Of a stretch of 64,000 bases of DNA, positions 28,336 to 38,040 are shown one piece after another. This DNA comes from Terriglobia bacterium. GTDB lineage: Bacteria; Acidobacteriota; Terriglobia; 20CM-2-55-15. The notes beneath the pieces are model-generated. The model was not told the origin of the DNA, did not search any database, and was given only the letters and a program-made list of their open reading frames with translations. Every line of letters starts with the position of its first letter. The first letter of the stretch is position 1. The stretch covers positions 480,001 through 544,000 of the forward strand of contig CBDAOY010000008.1 in NCBI GenBank assembly GCA_965198225.1. Reading direction: 5' to 3'. Made by a program: the position numbers and the translations under genes.

Positions 28336-29978
28336 CTGTCGTCTCCTCCGCCAACCGCGGAGACAGCGCGCGCCGCAGACCGCTCACCGAGGCGGGGAGT
28401 CGGAATGTCGAGCGAGAACTCTCCGATCGTCCATGTCGCGAGTTCGATGTCGAAAGCGAACTCCACCTGACGGTCCTGAACCTGTTCCATCAGTTTTTCG
28501 ATCGAAGCGTCCATAGGTCGGAGGAAGGTGTTGGAGTAGATACCCATCCAGACGATCATCGCGGCCAACGGTAGCAGCATCGCCAGCTCTCGGCGGTTCA
28601 CGTCCTGCAGTTTGTCGTTCTCGGGATCGGTGATCTGTCCAAATATCGTTCGCTGGTACATCCAGAGCATGTAGACGGCGGACAGAATCACGCCAAGCGC
28701 GGCAAACGCCGCGTACGCGCGGTTCACCGCGAACGTTCCAAGCAGGATGAGAAATTCCCCGACGAAGCCGTTCAGACCCGGTAGACCGATCGAGGAGAGC
28801 GCGACGAGCAGAAACAGGCCGGAGTAGACCGGCATCCGATGGGCGACGCCGCCGTAATCGGCAATCAGACGCGTGTGGCGGCGCTCATACAGAATGCCCA
28901 CGAGCATGAAGAGCGCTCCGGTGGATACGCCGTGGCTCAACATCTGGTAGACGGCGCCCTCCAGTCCCACCGTCGTAAAGCCGAATATTCCGAGCACGAC
29001 GAACCCGAGATGGCTCACCGAAGAATAGGCGACGAGTTTCTTGATGTCGGGCTGGACCATCGCCACCAGGGCCCCGTAGATGATGCCGACGATCGCCAGG
29101 ACCGATATCAGGGGTGCCAGCAGATGGCTCACGTTCGGGAAGAGCGGCAGGCTGAAGCGCACCAGGCCGTAGGTGCCCATCTTCAGCAAGACACCCGCGA
29201 GCAGGATGGATCCCGCTGTGGGAGCCTCGACGTGTGCGTCGGGCAGCCATGTATGGAGCGGGAACAGCGGCACCTTGATCGCAAAAGCCACGAAGAAGGC
29301 CAGGAAAAGCCAGAATTCCTGTTCGGGTGTCAACACCATCCGGCCGGCAGAGATCGCGTTTGCGATGTCAGGATACGCAAAGCTATAAAGACCTGTCTGC
29401 TGCCCGTGCAGGAAGTACAGTGCGAGAATTGCGACAAGCATCAGGACAGACCCGGCCATGGTGTAAAGAATGAACTTCGTCGCGGCGTAGACGCGCCGTT
29501 CGCCGCCCCACACGCCGATCAGGAAGTACATCGGTACGAGCATCACTTCCCAGAACACGTAGAACAGGAAGAGATCCGTCGCCGCGAAGACGCCGACCAT
29601 CCCGGTCTCGAGAAGCAGCATGAAGATGAAGTACTCCTTGACCCGGTCGGTGATCGACCACGATGCCAGCAGACCCAGCGGGGTCAGGAAGGTTGCCAGC
29701 AGGATCAGGAACAGGCTGATGCCGTCGATCCCCATGCTGTAGCTGATCCCGAACGCCGGAACCCAGGGCACGTCGGTGACGAACTGGAAGTCGGCTGTGG
29801 CATTGTCGAAATGCTGGAACAGATGGAGCGAGAAGAGGAACGTCAGCACGGCCACGGCCAGGGCGAACCGCCGGATCATCGCCTGACGGTCGCGACCGAT
29901 GAAAATCAGCACTAGCGCGCCCACCGTGGGCGTGAAGGTGACGATCGTCAGAATTCTCGAATCCAGCAGTTCCTGCAT
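28332..29978 (-). CDS. nuoM: NADH-quinone oxidoreductase subunit M (second copy)
   Basis: FYVFWEVMLVPMYFLIGVWG, AIKVPLFPLHTWLPDAHVEAPT. Confidence 0.95.
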   Translation of the reverse strand: MQELLDSRILTIVTFTPTVGALVLIFIGRDRQAMIRRFALAVAVLTFLFSLHLFQHFDNATADFQFVTDVPWVPAFGISYSMGIDGISLFLILLATFLTPLGLLASWSITDRVKEYFIFMLLLETGMVGVFAATDLFLFYVFWEVMLVPMYFLIGVWGGERRVYAATKFILYTMAGSVLMLVAILALYFLHGQQTGLYSFAYPDIANAISAGRMVLTPEQEFWLFLAFFVAFAIKVPLFPLHTWLPDAHVEAPTAGSILLAGVLLKMGTYGLVRFSLPLFPNVSHLLAPLISVLAIVGIIYGALVAMVQPDIKKLVAYSSVSHLGFVVLGIFGFTTVGLEGAVYQMLSHGVSTGALFMLVGILYERRHTRLIADYGGVAHRMPVYSGLFLLVALSSIGLPGLNGFVGEFLILLGTFAVNRAYAAFAALGVILSAVYMLWMYQRTIFGQITDPENDKLQDVNRRELAMLLPLAAMIVWMGIYSNTFLRPMDASIEKLMEQVQDRQVEFAFDIELATWTIGEFSLDIPTPRLGERSAARAVSAVGGGDDR

Positions 29979-29999
29979 AGTCTTTCCGGGCCCGCCCCC

Positions 30000-31940
30000 C
30001 TATCCCAGGAACCAGGCAACAACCAGCACGCCCCCTGCGAGAATCCATCCCGCGTAGATCCGGACGTGTCCGGTCTGCATATGCCGAAGCCCCCCCGCCA
30101 AACTCCGGACCGCGTGTCCGGCTCCGTCAACGCCGCCGTCGATGAGTTTTCCGTCGATTATCTTCCAGAGATAGTTCTTCGCCATTCCCACCACTGGCCA
30201 GACCACGGCTACATCGTAGATCTCGTCGACGTAGTACTTCCGCATCAGGATGCGGTAGAGGGCCGGCACGCTGCCGGCGAGCCGACCTGGCCACTCGGGC
30301 CGTGCCACGTAGAACAGGTAGGCGAGAAACACGCCGAGCAGGCCTACTCCTACCGAAGCGGCCATCACGAGGGCCTCAGTCGCATGTTCCGCATCGCCCG
30401 TCTCTTCGAGACCGCTCCCGAAGACCGGTTCCAGGTAATGCTCGATCTGGTTGTCGCCGCCAAGCAGCGCCGGGACTCCCACGTAGCCCGCCGAAACCGA
30501 CAGGGCAGCCAGGATGATCAAGGGGATGAGCATGCTTGGGGGCGACTCGTGGACATGATGGACTTCGTCGTCGGTGTAGCGCGGCGTCCCATAGAATGCG
30601 AGGATAACGAGCCGAAAGGTGTAAAAAGCGGTGAAACCGGCTGCAACTACACCGGCCATCCAGAGCATAGGACCGTAGTGGTCGTTGTTCCACGCTCCCC
30701 ACAGGATTGCGTCCTTGCTGAAGAATCCTGCCAGGCCCGGGATTCCTGTGATCGCGAGGCTTCCGATCAGGAACGTCCGGAATGTCCACGGCATGCGGTG
30801 CCGGAGTCCGCCCATTTTTCGAAGATCCTGAAGACCGCCCAAGCCGTGTATCACGCTGCCGGCTCCGAGGAATAACAGCGCCTTGAAGAAAGCGTGCGTC
30901 ATCAAGTGGAAGATACCTGCGGCATAAGCGCCGACGCCGCAGGCCATGAACATGTAGCCGAGCTGACTAACCGTGGAGTATGCCAGCACCCTTTTGATGT
31001 CGGTCTGAACCAGACCGATGGATGCCGCAAACAAAGCCGTGAGAGCCCCGATCGCGGCCACGATTATCATGGCCGTCGGCGCGTGATCGTAAAGGGCGGC
31101 CGAGCGGGCCACCATGTAAACGCCTGCGGTCACCATAGTTGCGGCATGGATCAAAGCGCTGACCGGAGTCGGGCCCTCCATCGCGTCGGGCAGCCAGACA
31201 TAGAGCGGAACTTGAGCCGATTTGCCGGCCGCGCCGACAAGCAGCAGGAGGCAGATCGCGGTGATCACTCCGAAAGTTCCGAAAGGCTCGACTGGGAAGA
31301 GCGCGGCGTTTCCGGCCCTGGCGAAGACCGTCTGGAAGTTGACGCTCTCGAAGGTCCAGTAGATCAGCAACACAGCCAGCAGAAACCCGAAGTCCCCGAT
31401 CCGGTTGACCACGAACGCCTTCTTGCCGGCATCGGTCGCTGAACGCTTGGAAAACCAGAAGCCGATCAAGAGATAGGAGCACAACCCGACGCCTTCCCAG
31501 CCGACGAACATCAGCACGTAGTTGTCGGCCAGCACGAGCGTCAGCATCGAGAACATGAACAGGTTCAGGTAGGCGAAGTACCGGTAGAAACCTTCTTCGT
31601 GCTCCATGTACCCGGCGGAGTAGATGTGGATCAGCAGCCCGACCCCGGTAACGATGAGGATCATCAATCCGGAGAGTTGGTCCAGCAGGAACCCGGCACG
31701 GGCCTCAAAAGAACCCGCCTGAATCCAAGTGAAGTAATCCCTCACGATCGGCAGGTCGGTCTCGGGCATTCCGGTCATCTGGACGAACGCGCCCAGTGAG
31801 ATGGCGAAAGAGATCGCCACGCTCCCGCACCCGAAGGTGGCCACAGTCCCCCGGGAGGCGCCCTTACCGGAAAGCCCGTTGATAAGCGCTCCGGCGAGCG
31901 GCAGGACCGGTATCAACCAGATTAAGTCCGTAAAATCCAT
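30000..31940 (-). CDS. nuoL: NADH-quinone oxidoreductase subunit L (second copy)
   Basis: GWEGVGLCSYLLIGFW, GKSAQVPLYVWLPDAMEGPTPVSALIHAATMV, HAFFKALLFL. Confidence 0.96.
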   Translation of the reverse strand: MDFTDLIWLIPVLPLAGALINGLSGKGASRGTVATFGCGSVAISFAISLGAFVQMTGMPETDLPIVRDYFTWIQAGSFEARAGFLLDQLSGLMILIVTGVGLLIHIYSAGYMEHEEGFYRYFAYLNLFMFSMLTLVLADNYVLMFVGWEGVGLCSYLLIGFWFSKRSATDAGKKAFVVNRIGDFGFLLAVLLIYWTFESVNFQTVFARAGNAALFPVEPFGTFGVITAICLLLLVGAAGKSAQVPLYVWLPDAMEGPTPVSALIHAATMVTAGVYMVARSAALYDHAPTAMIIVAAIGALTALFAASIGLVQTDIKRVLAYSTVSQLGYMFMACGVGAYAAGIFHLMTHAFFKALLFLGAGSVIHGLGGLQDLRKMGGLRHRMPWTFRTFLIGSLAITGIPGLAGFFSKDAILWGAWNNDHYGPMLWMAGVVAAGFTAFYTFRLVILAFYGTPRYTDDEVHHVHESPPSMLIPLIILAALSVSAGYVGVPALLGGDNQIEHYLEPVFGSGLEETGDAEHATEALVMAASVGVGLLGVFLAYLFYVARPEWPGRLAGSVPALYRILMRKYYVDEIYDVAVVWPVVGMAKNYLWKIIDGKLIDGGVDGAGHAVRSLAGGLRHMQTGHVRIYAGWILAGGVLVVAWFLG

Positions 31941-31978
31941 GTTCCAGTGTTCAGCTACAGAGCCCCAACGACCAGAGA

Positions 31979-32062
31979 AGTGACGAGTGACAAGTGACAG
32001 GTGACGTGCATAACATGCAAAGCATTCCCTAGCGGCCTACGCGCAACGGCCTACGGCCTACT
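31979..32062. repeat. Heptamer tracts in nuoK-nuoL spacer
   Basis: agtgacg-agtgaca-agtgaca-ggtgacg, then cggcctacg...caacggcctacggcctac (same unit as at ~8644-8669). Confidence 0.6.
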
Positions 32063-32066
32063 TCCC

Positions 32067-32369
32067 CTACCACTTCAACAAGTCCGCCCGATCCACATCC
32101 AGCGATTCGCGGTTCCGGAAGATCGCGATGACCAATGCCAGCCCCACTGCGGCTTCCGCGGCTGCGACGACCATGGCAAAGAAGACGAACACGTGGCCGC
32201 CGACTTCGCCAGAGACGCTGGAAAATGCCACGAAGGTCAGGTTTACGGCGTTCAGCATGATCTCGATCGACAGCAGGAGGGCGATGATATTCCGCTTCAG
32301 GAAGAAGCCGAGCATTCCGACCACAAACAGCATCGCGCTCAGAGTCAGGTACCAGTGAACGGGAATCAT
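32067..32369 (-). CDS. nuoK: NADH-quinone oxidoreductase subunit K
   Basis: SIEIMLNAVNL, VAAAEAAVGLA; 100 aa. Confidence 0.95.
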   Translation of the reverse strand: MIPVHWYLTLSAMLFVVGMLGFFLKRNIIALLLSIEIMLNAVNLTFVAFSSVSGEVGGHVFVFFAMVVAAAEAAVGLALVIAIFRNRESLDVDRADLLKW

Positions 32370-32860
32370 ACGTCTCTCTTCGCCAGGACGACCGCCCCGA
32401 TGATGGCGATCAGGATCAACAAGGATGTCGCTTCGAACGGCAACAGGTAGTCGGTGAACATGCTCATGCCTATCGACGAAGGGCTTCCCACGGTCGAGGT
32501 CGGATCACCGACTACCTCCGGAATCTGCCAGATCACCGAAGACACCATCGCCAGGAGAAACAGTCCTGCGGGGATCCCGACGAACTTCAGCCACTTCATG
32601 GGATCGGCTCCCTCCTCCTCATCCGCGGCCACGTTCAAGAGCATGATGACGAAGATGAACAGGACCATGACGGCCCCCGTGTAGACAAGGACCTGGATCA
32701 CGGCCAGAAAGTCGGCTCGGAGCAGGACGAACAACATCGACACCGAGGCCAGCATCACGATCAGAGAAAGCGCGCTGTAGAGGACATGCTTCTGCACCAG
32801 CACATTGATCGCGGAACCCAATGCGATGGCGGCGAAGAGAAAGAATAGAGTCTCGATCAT
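32366..32860 (-). CDS. nuoJ: NADH-quinone oxidoreductase subunit J
   Basis: QVLVYTGAVMVLFIFVIMLL, YLLPFEATSLLIL; ATG at 32860 overlaps nuoH stop (ATGA). Confidence 0.93.
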   Translation of the reverse strand: MIETLFFLFAAIALGSAINVLVQKHVLYSALSLIVMLASVSMLFVLLRADFLAVIQVLVYTGAVMVLFIFVIMLLNVAADEEEGADPMKWLKFVGIPAGLFLLAMVSSVIWQIPEVVGDPTSTVGSPSSIGMSMFTDYLLPFEATSLLILIAIIGAVVLAKRDV

Positions 32861-33870
32861 AGAACAGCCACGATGAAGCTGGTGATGACCACGTTGGCCA
32901 GCGCCAGGGGCAGCAGGAACTTCCAACCGAACGCCATCAGCTGATCGTAGCGAACCCGCGGCAGCGTGGCGCGGATCAACATGTAGAGGAAGATGAATAC
33001 GAAGACTTTCGCGAGAAACCAGACTGTCGGCAGCACCATCTGGAGCAGCGGCGGGCCGGCGACGGGCCCGGACCAGCCACCCAGAAACAGGATCGTTGCC
33101 ATCGCGGAGGCCGTGATCATGTTTGCGTATTCGGCGAGGAAGAACATCGCAAACTTCATAGAGCTGTACTCGGTGTGCCAGCCGGCGACGAGTTCCTGTT
33201 CCGCCTCGGCCAGGTCGAAGGGGGTTCGGTTGGTTTCAGCGATCGCGCTTATGAAAAAAATGATGAACGCGATGGGTTGCAGAAAGATGTTCCAGCGCGG
33301 CAGGAACCCCATCCATGTTCCCTCCTGCGACCTGACGAGTTCGGCCAGGCTGAGCGTGTTGGCGATTATCAGGACACCGATGACCGAGAGGGTCAGGCTC
33401 AACTCGTAGCTGATCATCTGTGCTGATGCCCTGAGGCCTCCCAACAGAGGGTACTTCGAGTTCGACGCCCACCCCCCCAGCACGATTCCGTAAATTCCGA
33501 CCGAGGTCACCGCGAACACGAACAACAGGCCGACGTTGAGGTCTGTGATCTGAAAGTGCGGTCCAAACGGTATCACCGCGAACGACAGGAAGGCCGGTAT
33601 CAGGGAAATGACCGGAGCCAGGACATAGATCATCGCGTTCGCGCCGGTGGGTATGACGTCCTCCTTGAACAGAAACTTCATTCCGTCGGCCAGGGGTTGC
33701 AGGAGTCCCAACGGTCCGACCCTGTTCGGACCGGGTCGCATCTGTACCCAGGCCATGACTTTGCGCTCGAGTAAGGTCATGTAGGCGAGCGCGCCCATCA
33801 AGCCTGCGAAGATGACCAGGATCTTCAGCATCAAGACCAGGAACACCCTGTCGGTGAGGTTGTCGATCAT
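32857..33870 (-). CDS. nuoH: NADH-quinone oxidoreductase subunit H
   Basis: ERKV..QMRPGPNRVGPLGLLQPLADGMK, AETNRTPFDLAEAEQELVAG..TEYS, RATLPRVRYDQLM. Confidence 0.96.
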   Translation of the reverse strand: MIDNLTDRVFLVLMLKILVIFAGLMGALAYMTLLERKVMAWVQMRPGPNRVGPLGLLQPLADGMKFLFKEDVIPTGANAMIYVLAPVISLIPAFLSFAVIPFGPHFQITDLNVGLLFVFAVTSVGIYGIVLGGWASNSKYPLLGGLRASAQMISYELSLTLSVIGVLIIANTLSLAELVRSQEGTWMGFLPRWNIFLQPIAFIIFFISAIAETNRTPFDLAEAEQELVAGWHTEYSSMKFAMFFLAEYANMITASAMATILFLGGWSGPVAGPPLLQMVLPTVWFLAKVFVFIFLYMLIRATLPRVRYDQLMAFGWKFLLPLALANVVITSFIVAVL

Positions 33871-34340
33871 CGTTCTTCACGCAGTTCGTCGATGATGGTT
33901 CCGACGAGCTGGGGGTTCAGTCTCTCCCGGAACTTTCCGTTCACCTGGATGACCGGCGCGGTCGTACAGGAACCCAGGCATTCGGCTTCGACCAGCGTGA
34001 ACGCGCCGTCCGCAGTAGTCTCACCGATACGGATTCCCAGTTTTTCCCGGAGCGTCCGTTCGATGTCATCCGACCCGCAAAGCATGCAGGAGAGGTTCGT
34101 ACAGACTTGGATCAGGTGTTTGCCGACGGGGCTGCGGTTGATCAGCGTATAGAAGGAGGCTACGGATTCGACGTCGGAGGGAGCCAGGTCTAGGCGTTCG
34201 GCCACATAGGCGATGGTATCCGGCTTGACCCAGCCGTGTTCCCGCTGGGCCAGAAGCAGCATCGGAATCAGCGCCGATCGCCTCCGGGGGTAGATGCTGA
34301 CGAGCCGGTCGAATTCTGCGTGTGTCGCTTCTGAAAACAT
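33867..34340 (-). CDS. nuoE: NuoE-type [2Fe-2S] subunit
   Basis: ALIPMLLLAQ..HGW, VASFY, CTNLSC and CLGSC..AP ligands. Confidence 0.92.
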   Translation of the reverse strand: MFSEATHAEFDRLVSIYPRRRSALIPMLLLAQREHGWVKPDTIAYVAERLDLAPSDVESVASFYTLINRSPVGKHLIQVCTNLSCMLCGSDDIERTLREKLGIRIGETTADGAFTLVEAECLGSCTTAPVIQVNGKFRERLNPQLVGTIIDELREER

Positions 34341-34381
34341 TGCCGCAGCCTACCATCCACGGAGCGGGTACCGCCGAAGTG

Positions 34382-34741
34382 CTACCGCTCCCACTCCAGA
34401 GCGCCTTTTTTCCAGACGTAGATATAACCAGCCAGGATCACGCCGATGAAAACAAGCATTTCCCAGAACGCAAACAGCTTTAACTCTCGGAAAACGACGG
34501 CCCAGGGGAAGAGGAAGACGACCTCGATGTCGAACAGGAGAAACAGCATCGCCACCATGTAGAACTGGATGGAGAAACGCTCACGGGCGGAGCCGACGGG
34601 CTGCATCCCGCTTTCGTAAGGAGAGAGTTTGCCTGGCGTCGGTTTCCGGACACCCATGATCCATGACAGGATCAGTGAGGTTACGGCGAAGCCTGTTATA
34701 AGGACCGCGAAAATGAGAATCGGCAACCAATTCTCCAGCAT
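34382..34741 (-). CDS. nuoA: NADH-quinone oxidoreductase subunit A
   Basis: KLSPYESG, FLLFDIEVVFLFPWA, WKKGALEW; ATG at 34741 with GGAGGT RBS (119 aa). Confidence 0.95.
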   Translation of the reverse strand: MLENWLPILIFAVLITGFAVTSLILSWIMGVRKPTPGKLSPYESGMQPVGSARERFSIQFYMVAMLFLLFDIEVVFLFPWAVVFRELKLFAFWEMLVFIGVILAGYIYVWKKGALEWER

Positions 34742-34798
34742 CGGATATTGCCGTAACCTCCCACAAAAAAAGGACTTCTGCCGACAAACGAGCCCCTC

Positions 34799-34828
34799 AT
34801 TATGGAAGCCCCCTGGAGGACCTGTCAA
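34799..34828 (-). promoter_or_regulatory. Sigma70-type promoter of the second nuo operon
   Basis: Minus strand TTGACA (34828-34823) - 18 bp - CATAAT (34804-34799), ~60 bp upstream of nuoA start. Confidence 0.6.
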
Positions 34829-34910
34829 CAGGGAACTTGGTTTGGGACCATCCGTCTTCCCGTTGCCCGACATCGTCCGTACCGGCAGAGGTTTTGACCG
34901 AGAGGCGCGA

Positions 34911-34959
34911 AGACGCAGAGAAAAAACAGCCTGTTCTTCTACTCTGCAGCTCTGCGTCT
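34911..34959. repeat. Short intergenic inverted repeat
   Basis: agacgcagag (34911-34920) / ctctgcgtct (34950-34959). Confidence 0.5.
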
Positions 34960-35038
34960 CTACGTCGAAAAACAGTTCCGGATCGCCAAGAAGTGCAGGG
35001 AGATTTGGAGCTTCTGCTAACATGAAAAGTTCATGTCG

Positions 35039-36016
35039 ATGCGAATCGAGCTCAACGGGGAGGCTCGAGAAATTCCCTCTCCACTGAATATCCGGCAGCT
35101 TCTGGAACATCTTGAACTGCCTACCGGCCGCATCGCTGTCGAGAGGAACCGAGCGGTGGTTCCGAAGGCCAGGTGGGATGACGTGCAGGTGTGCTCCGAC
35201 GACCGGATCGAGGTCGTCCACTTTGTCGGAGGAGGGGCGCCCGAAGACGGCCTGGTCATCGCGGAGCGGCGATTCGAATCGCGGCTGATCGTGGGTACAG
35301 GAAAGTATTCCAGCAACGAAGTCATGGTCGACGCTCACGTCCGATCAGGCTCTGAGATGGTGACGGTTGCCGTCCGTCGCGTGGACCTGAAAGCGGCCAA
35401 GGGTGAGTCGCTACTGGACTACATCGACACCACGAAGTTCATGATCCTGCCGAACACCGCGGGCTGCTACACAGCTGACGATGCGATTCGGACCGCGCAC
35501 CTGGGACGGGAAGCCGGCCTTTCGGAGTGGGTGAAGCTGGAGGTTATCGGTGACGAGCGCACGCTCTTTCCGGATACGGCGGCCCTCATCGAGGCTACTG
35601 CGATACTGGTTCAGGACGGCTTCATCGTCATGCCCTACACGAACGACGATCTCATCGTTGCCCGCAAGTTGATCGACGCGGGCGCCGCGGCCGTGATGCC
35701 GCTGGGTGCGCCGATCGGTTCCGGGATGGGCATCCAGAATATCGCCAACATGCGAATTCTTCGGGAGCGAATCACCGAGGTGCCCCTGATCGTCGATGCC
35801 GGCGTGGGGACTGCATCGGATGCGGTTCTGGCGATGGAGCTCGGAGCTGACGGTGTCTTGATGAACACCGCGATCGCCGGCGCGTCCGACCCCGGCGCGA
35901 TGGCCGAGGCCATGAATCATGCTGTCAAGGCCGGCCGCCTGGCGTACCTGGCAGGCCGGATTCCGAAGAAACTCTACGCCACTGCTTCGTCCCCCCTGGA
36001 GGGTGTGGTTAGCTAG
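35039..36016 (+). CDS. thiG: ThiS-ThiG fusion (sulfur carrier fused to thiazole synthase)
   Basis: N-terminal ThiS ([24 protein letters not shown]) in frame with ThiG ([42 protein letters not shown]). Confidence 0.93.
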   Translation: MRIELNGEAREIPSPLNIRQLLEHLELPTGRIAVERNRAVVPKARWDDVQVCSDDRIEVVHFVGGGAPEDGLVIAERRFESRLIVGTGKYSSNEVMVDAHVRSGSEMVTVAVRRVDLKAAKGESLLDYIDTTKFMILPNTAGCYTADDAIRTAHLGREAGLSEWVKLEVIGDERTLFPDTAALIEATAILVQDGFIVMPYTNDDLIVARKLIDAGAAAVMPLGAPIGSGMGIQNIANMRILRERITEVPLIVDAGVGTASDAVLAMELGADGVLMNTAIAGASDPGAMAEAMNHAVKAGRLAYLAGRIPKKLYATASSPLEGVVS

Positions 36017-36161
36017 TTGGGAGCCCTACACCAAGAACCCCACCGTCCTCGACCGCTAGTGACCTGTTACAGGCCACTCGTGCCCTTACCGCGATCATGT
36101 TTGCTTTTTGCTCCGGCTTGGGGTGAAATCGTCCATCCGATCTCGACCGACGGGGTAGGCG

Positions 36162-37322
36162 ATGGCATCAACACTATCGGATGAACAACAGGAAATCCTG
36201 AGAACCGTTCGAAGCTTTGTGGACCGCGAAGTCATTCCGGCGGCACGCGAGCTGGAGCACAAGGACGGCTATCCGTTCGAGCTTGTGGAACGGATGAAGA
36301 CACTGGGGCTTTTCGGCGCCAACATTCCGGAAGCCTACGGCGGGCTGGACCTCGATTACGTGACCTACGCCATGATTTTCGAGGAGATCTCCCGCGGCTG
36401 GATGGGTGCTGCAGGAATCCTCGGGACGCACTCGGTGATGTGTGATGTGCTGGCCCGCTTCGGGACGGAGGAGCAGAAACAGCGTATCCTCACCAAACTC
36501 GCAACCGGAGAGCAGCGCGGGGGATTGGCATTATCGGAGCCGGACGCCGGAAGCGACGTTCAACGAATTCGGACGCTGGCCGTCCGGGATGGTGATGACT
36601 ACGTCCTCAATGGTTCCAAGATGTGGGTCACCAACGGTCGGCATGGCGATACCTTCGCTCTTTTGGCCAAAACCGAGCCCGAAGCGGAACCTCCCTACAA
36701 AGGTATGACGGCGTTCATCGTAGAGAAGGGGAATCAGGGCTTCATCGTCAGCCGCGACATCGACAAATGCGGCTACAAGGGAGTCGAGACCTGCGAGATC
36801 GTCTTCGAAGACTTCCGGGTGCCGGCCGCAAACGTGATCGGCGGCTCGGAAGGCCAGGGGTTCAAACACATCATGACCGGGCTTGAAAGCGAGCGCATCA
36901 ACGTCGCAGCGCGGGCTGTGGGCATCGCCCGTGCGGCCTTCGAGGACGCCATCCACTATTCCCAGCACCGGGTAACGTTCGGAAAGCCGATCTGCGAGCA
37001 CCAGGCCATCCAGTTGAAGTTGGCGGACATGGCCACGAAGCTGGAAGCCGCCCGAGGGTTGACCTACAACGCGGCGGAAAAAAAGAACCGCGGTGAAAGG
37101 TGCGACCTGGAGGCTGGGATGGCGAAGCTGTTCGCCACCGAAATGGCACAGGAGGTCGCCCTGGATTCGATGCGGATTCACGGCGGTTACGGCTACGCCA
37201 AGGATTTTGCAGTCGAACGGTACTACCGCGACGCTCCGCTGCTGATCGTCGGCGGCGGAACGAATGAAATACAGCGGATTCTGATAGCCAAGGGATTGTT
37301 GAAGAAGTATGAAGTCAGTTGA
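36162..37322 (+). CDS. Acyl-CoA dehydrogenase
   Basis: ALSEPDAGSD, LNGSKMWVTNG, RVTFGKPI, IHGGYGY..ERYYRDA motifs. Confidence 0.93.
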   Translation: MASTLSDEQQEILRTVRSFVDREVIPAARELEHKDGYPFELVERMKTLGLFGANIPEAYGGLDLDYVTYAMIFEEISRGWMGAAGILGTHSVMCDVLARFGTEEQKQRILTKLATGEQRGGLALSEPDAGSDVQRIRTLAVRDGDDYVLNGSKMWVTNGRHGDTFALLAKTEPEAEPPYKGMTAFIVEKGNQGFIVSRDIDKCGYKGVETCEIVFEDFRVPAANVIGGSEGQGFKHIMTGLESERINVAARAVGIARAAFEDAIHYSQHRVTFGKPICEHQAIQLKLADMATKLEAARGLTYNAAEKKNRGERCDLEAGMAKLFATEMAQEVALDSMRIHGGYGYAKDFAVERYYRDAPLLIVGGGTNEIQRILIAKGLLKKYEVS

Positions 37323-37526
37323 CAGTAATCAGTACTCAGTACTCAGTTTGGGTGTTCCTCAAGCGAAGGGGACCGCGAGAGAGCCAATATAAGGGGGACA
37401 GGGCTTGCCCTGTCCCCGGGTGTTTGCTGAGCAGAAAAGTCTGAGAAAGCAATAACTCTGTCTCCAACCGCAAGGCTGCCGACGCTCATCTTTTCAACTG
37501 ACAACTGGGAACTGACGACTGACAAC
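37314..37526. repeat. Inverted heptamer tracts enclosing a 77-bp dispersed repeat
   Basis: gtcagttgacagtaatcagtactcagtactcagtt from 37314 and aactgacaactgggaactgacgactgacaact to 37526; internal 37372-37448 matches 62880-62957 (reverse strand). Confidence 0.75.
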
Positions 37527-37541
37527 TCTCCGAGGAACACT

Positions 37542-38039
37542 TTGAACCTAGGACGCTACTTCGAAGACTTTGAGGCCGGCCAGGTCTACAAGCACTGGCC
37601 CGGCAGGACGGTGACGGAGGCTGACGACACGTGGTTCAGCCTCGTCACGATGAATCAGAACCCTCTACATATCGACGAACACTACTGTTCGCAGTTACAG
37701 CACGGTCGCCGCCTGGTCAACGGGACCTTCGTGTTCAGTCTCGTTGTCGGTATGACGGTGGCGGATATCAGCCTCAAAGCGATCGCCAACCTGGAATACG
37801 AATCGGTCAAGCATACCGGGCCGGTATGGCATGGAGACACGATTTACGCGGAAACGACGATCCTCGAGAAGAAGGAATCAGAATCCAAACCGGACCGGGG
37901 CGTGGTCTACGTGGCGACCCGTGGGATCAACCAGAACGGGGAGACGATCCTGACGTACCGGAGAAAGGTGTTGGTGCCGAAGCGCGTTTTCGACGAGGGC
38001 AAGAGTTACTGGCCCGGAGAAGAAACCACTGACGGTTAG
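37542..38039 (+). CDS. MaoC-family dehydratase/hydratase
   Basis: YFEDF..G..YKHWPGRTVTEAD..F..TMNQNPLHID, PVWHGDT; TTG start with GAGG RBS. Confidence 0.88.
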   Translation: MNLGRYFEDFEAGQVYKHWPGRTVTEADDTWFSLVTMNQNPLHIDEHYCSQLQHGRRLVNGTFVFSLVVGMTVADISLKAIANLEYESVKHTGPVWHGDTIYAETTILEKKESESKPDRGVVYVATRGINQNGETILTYRRKVLVPKRVFDEGKSYWPGEETTDG

Positions 38040-38040
38040 T

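Noticed and set aside
537-29978. 2M-type complex I (two nuoM genes)
   Set aside because: The two nuoM genes are in separate operons, each in a normal L-M-N order
34830-35038. TPP riboswitch upstream of thiS-thiG
   Set aside because: Conserved CTGAGA and ACCTGA..TAATGC elements not found
34742-35338. Long N-terminal extension of NuoA (318-aa ORF in track)
   Set aside because: Overlaps thiS-thiG antisense; ATG 34741 has a good RBS and promoter and gives the normal 119-aa NuoA
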